In this document: piece after piece, positions 25,254-27,681 of the stretch
How positions within the stretch are numbered: the first letter of the stretch is position 1
Layout: every line of letters starts with the position of its first letter
Origin: Candidatus Firestoneibacteriota bacterium
Lineage (GTDB): Bacteria; Oederibacteriota; D2-FULL-39-29; JBDRBU01
Direction of reading: 5' to 3'
Assembly (NCBI GenBank): GCA_043822305.1
Contig: JBDRBU010000019.1
Coordinates: 1-27,681, forward strand
DNA length: 27,681 nt
Made by a program: the position numbers and the translations under genes
Notes under the pieces: generated by a model
The model's database searches: none
What the model was told of the DNA's origin: nothing
What the model saw: only the letters and a program-made list of their open reading frames with translations

Positions 25254-27680
25254 TTATTTGATTTTGCCTACAAAATCTGTAATATTATCAAACCAATATT
25301 TTTTATAATTGTCAGGTACTCCAGCAACTCCACCATACGCAGGCATAAGCAACAGTTTTGTTTTTACATCAAATTCACCAAAAGGATAACTTTTACTATT
25401 CTTAGATTTTGCTTCTTCAAATAAATTTGAATACCCATCTATTTTTTTATATCCATCGGCATACTGTGTCCCCTTGGGATCAACAAACAAAATTGTATAT
25501 TTATTTCTCTTCTGCATCCAAAAAATAAAGTCGGGCTTAAATTTGGCGATTGCGTTTTCTTTTGAGCTGTAATATGGAATATGCACTTCGTCTAATGTTT
25601 GATCTAACTTGGAAAACATCCACCAATCAAATTGCTTGAATCCATTATCATCTCTTTGAAGATACTCTTCAAGATGTTCAATAAACTTAATCTCACTATC
25701 TACATCAATAATATGATTTAGGTAATCTACCTTCTCCTTTTCAGAAACAACAACTGGAAGATAGTAATGATTTGCTAAATATTTAATTTTGACTTTTTGA
25801 TTTTTTAATTCAAAATTGTTCTCTTTTTGATATTCACTTTCCACCCTTTGAACTTCGGAAGTATATCTCTTAATATCCTTATGTGATTCAAAATCTAATT
25901 GTAATTGTCCCAAAACACTATCTTTTTGTTCGTAATTCTTAACTTGCCGAATTTTTTTCATTATTTCATCATACTTATCACCATCACTAAATTTTATCCT
26001 CTTAAAATGCACAATTTCATTTTCAAGTTTCTTGAAAGTATCAAATTTGTGAATCTTTACACTGAAATAATTCAATATTCTATCAACTAACAATTCTGGC
26101 TCGGCAATTGCTCTTGTTTCTGTAAAATCATATCTTTTATCTTTTTCATACTCGTTTTGTATACTTCTACTTGCAGTTTCTAAAACTTTTGGTTCGCACT
26201 CATATTTTACTAAGACAACTTTTTCGCCTAAATACTTAAAATATGAACTTGACAGTTCAAAATCATCTTTACTAATGCTGTATTTCTGTGGTTCCTCTTC
26301 TTCAGCAAATATCTTTTCTGATTCCTTATATACTGGAACAAGTAATAAATGCTTTTCTGCTTCTTTGTTTACGCTAAACACTTCCACTAAATCTTTTTCC
26401 TGTTTTTCCCCTTTCAGTGCCTTGATTATCTCCTTTAAATTTTCAGCATTTGTTCCAAAAACAAATAAACTTTCAAGAGGTAAAACATCCATTCTCACCT
26501 TATTAAACAATTTTTCTTCAATCTCCTTTGCATTAAACAAATTTAATATTCTCTTTCGTTTATTTTTTTGTGGCTCTATTCGTACACCTCTACCTACAGA
26601 TTGTAGAACAAACTTTTTTGCATCGCTTCCAATACCAATATTTATAAACAAAATAAGATTAGGGCGATTTGAATCCCATCCTTCATAAAATGAACGAGAA
26701 CCCATTAAAATATTTATTGTAGAATCATCATTATTGATTTTCTTAAAAACACTTTCATTTTCAAAACTTTCAATAACTTCATATCCAATTAGTTTTTCTT
26801 TTAACCATCCTGAAATATCACCGATTTTAATCATAGCAAACGGTTTTTCAGATGTTTGTAATTTGAAAATTAGTTCTTTTCTATTGCCAGGGATTTTCAG
26901 CACTTCAATATTACCAGAAGATTCAGCATTCAATATTTGTCGTAAAATATCCTTGTATTCAATTTTTTTGATTTCTTTCTTATCAATAACAACACTTAAA
27001 TTCTCAAATTCATATAACGGATTGGTTTCTATTTCTGAAACAAGTTCTTCCTTTGCTTTTTGAAGCAAACTATCATCTATTTCATTTTTTGCTACTTTTT
27101 CAATCTCGGAAAAAAACAACAATAAATCAGGATCATCCGGCTTAATCTCTTTGGTTTTATCGTCTTTAGTATTCTTTTTATTTACAGAATTAACCAAAGT
27201 TAAAAGCAAAGGGCGATGATAGAGCGACTTGCTAACTTTTCTTGCCTTTTCAAAATATTTGTTTATGTATGTAAGTAAAACAAGCGATTTTAAAACAATT
27301 TTTTGCTTTTCTGTTTTAGAAAAATCGTCCTTATCACGAAATGCTGTTACTTCGGAACCGGAAACATAAATGTGCTTGCCGTATCCGTTCTCAATAAATT
27401 TGGAAAGATTGAAATCAAAAACACAAGTTGCATAATCGCGTGGGTCGGTAAAGGTAGCGGAAAAATTAAACAAAAATCCGTTTCTTGAAAGTATTGAATA
27501 TAGCATTTGCCTCTTGCTATCTTCTTTGTCTCCCTTGTGTGCCTCGTCTAAAAGAATATACCATTTTCCATTATTGTCGTAATTTCTAAAATTGACAATT
27601 TTTTCTTTTTGTTCATCGGAGAGCAAGTCGGAGCGATAATAGAATACCATGATTTCATTTTTTGCGAACGGCAAAGCATT
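25254..27680 (-). CDS. Type III restriction-modification Res-like subunit (SF2 helicase plus PD-(D/E)xK nuclease), 5' partial
   Basis: LLDEAHKG (motif II), FSATF (III), FYEGWD (V), QSVGRGVR (VI), and C-terminal FKPDF...FVDPKG. The frame is open to the window edge and Walker A is not visible. Confidence 0.88.
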   Translation of the reverse strand, partial: NALPFAKNEIMVFYYRSDLLSDEQKEKIVNFRNYDNNGKWYILLDEAHKGDKEDSKRQMLYSILSRNGFLFNFSATFTDPRDYATCVFDFNLSKFIENGYGKHIYVSGSEVTAFRDKDDFSKTEKQKIVLKSLVLLTYINKYFEKARKVSKSLYHRPLLLTLVNSVNKKNTKDDKTKEIKPDDPDLLLFFSEIEKVAKNEIDDSLLQKAKEELVSEIETNPLYEFENLSVVIDKKEIKKIEYKDILRQILNAESSGNIEVLKIPGNRKELIFKLQTSEKPFAMIKIGDISGWLKEKLIGYEVIESFENESVFKKINNDDSTINILMGSRSFYEGWDSNRPNLILFINIGIGSDAKKFVLQSVGRGVRIEPQKNKRKRILNLFNAKEIEEKLFNKVRMDVLPLESLFVFGTNAENLKEIIKALKGEKQEKDLVEVFSVNKEAEKHLLLVPVYKESEKIFAEEEEPQKYSISKDDFELSSSYFKYLGEKVVLVKYECEPKVLETASRSIQNEYEKDKRYDFTETRAIAEPELLVDRILNYFSVKIHKFDTFKKLENEIVHFKRIKFSDGDKYDEIMKKIRQVKNYEQKDSVLGQLQLDFESHKDIKRYTSEVQRVESEYQKENNFELKNQKVKIKYLANHYYLPVVVSEKEKVDYLNHIIDVDSEIKFIEHLEEYLQRDDNGFKQFDWWMFSKLDQTLDEVHIPYYSSKENAIAKFKPDFIFWMQKRNKYTILFVDPKGTQYADGYKKIDGYSNLFEEAKSKNSKSYPFGEFDVKTKLLLMPAYGGVAGVPDNYKKYWFDNITDFVGKIK

Positions 27681-27681
27681 T

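Noticed and set aside
4156..27488. Numerous plus-strand ORFs of 60-207 aa (e.g. 15180-15803, 20789-21355)
   Set aside because: They are antisense shadows of well-supported genes. Their F/S/L/I-rich composition mirrors K/E-rich sense codons.
27672..27674. TTG as the true start of the Res-like gene
   Set aside because: The frame stays open to the window edge and helicase motif I is missing, so the gene begins outside the window.

Overview
AT-rich bacterial window, almost all genes on the minus strand. The left end (1-~3060) is an accessory zone. It holds an IS21-family element (istA/istB, with probable passenger ORFs running off the window edge) that appears to have inserted into an IS481/IS3-type transposase. 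This is followed by tandem 11-bp direct repeats resembling integrase arm sites and a decayed 5' half of a tRNA-Thr(CGT) gene that looks like an att scar. Next is a lone plus-strand M28 peptidase gene, probably leaderless. The core region, in transcription order, is: uvrA-ftsX-envC-ctpA (no ftsE); rimP-nusA-infB-rbfA-DHH phosphoesterase; an HU/IHF gene; a 700-aa membrane-anchored Ig-repeat protein-yggS-proC-PNP-mtnA; a FecR-domain protein; and rtcB. The right edge is a partial type III restriction (Res-like) helicase-nuclease. The most unusual signal is a dense population of short dispersed palindromic or REP-like repeats from several families. They sit at stop codons, at accessory-gene borders next to 8-9 bp tandem duplications, in the rimP leader, and in frame inside rimP. 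All calls come from reading motifs by eye; no database searches were run.
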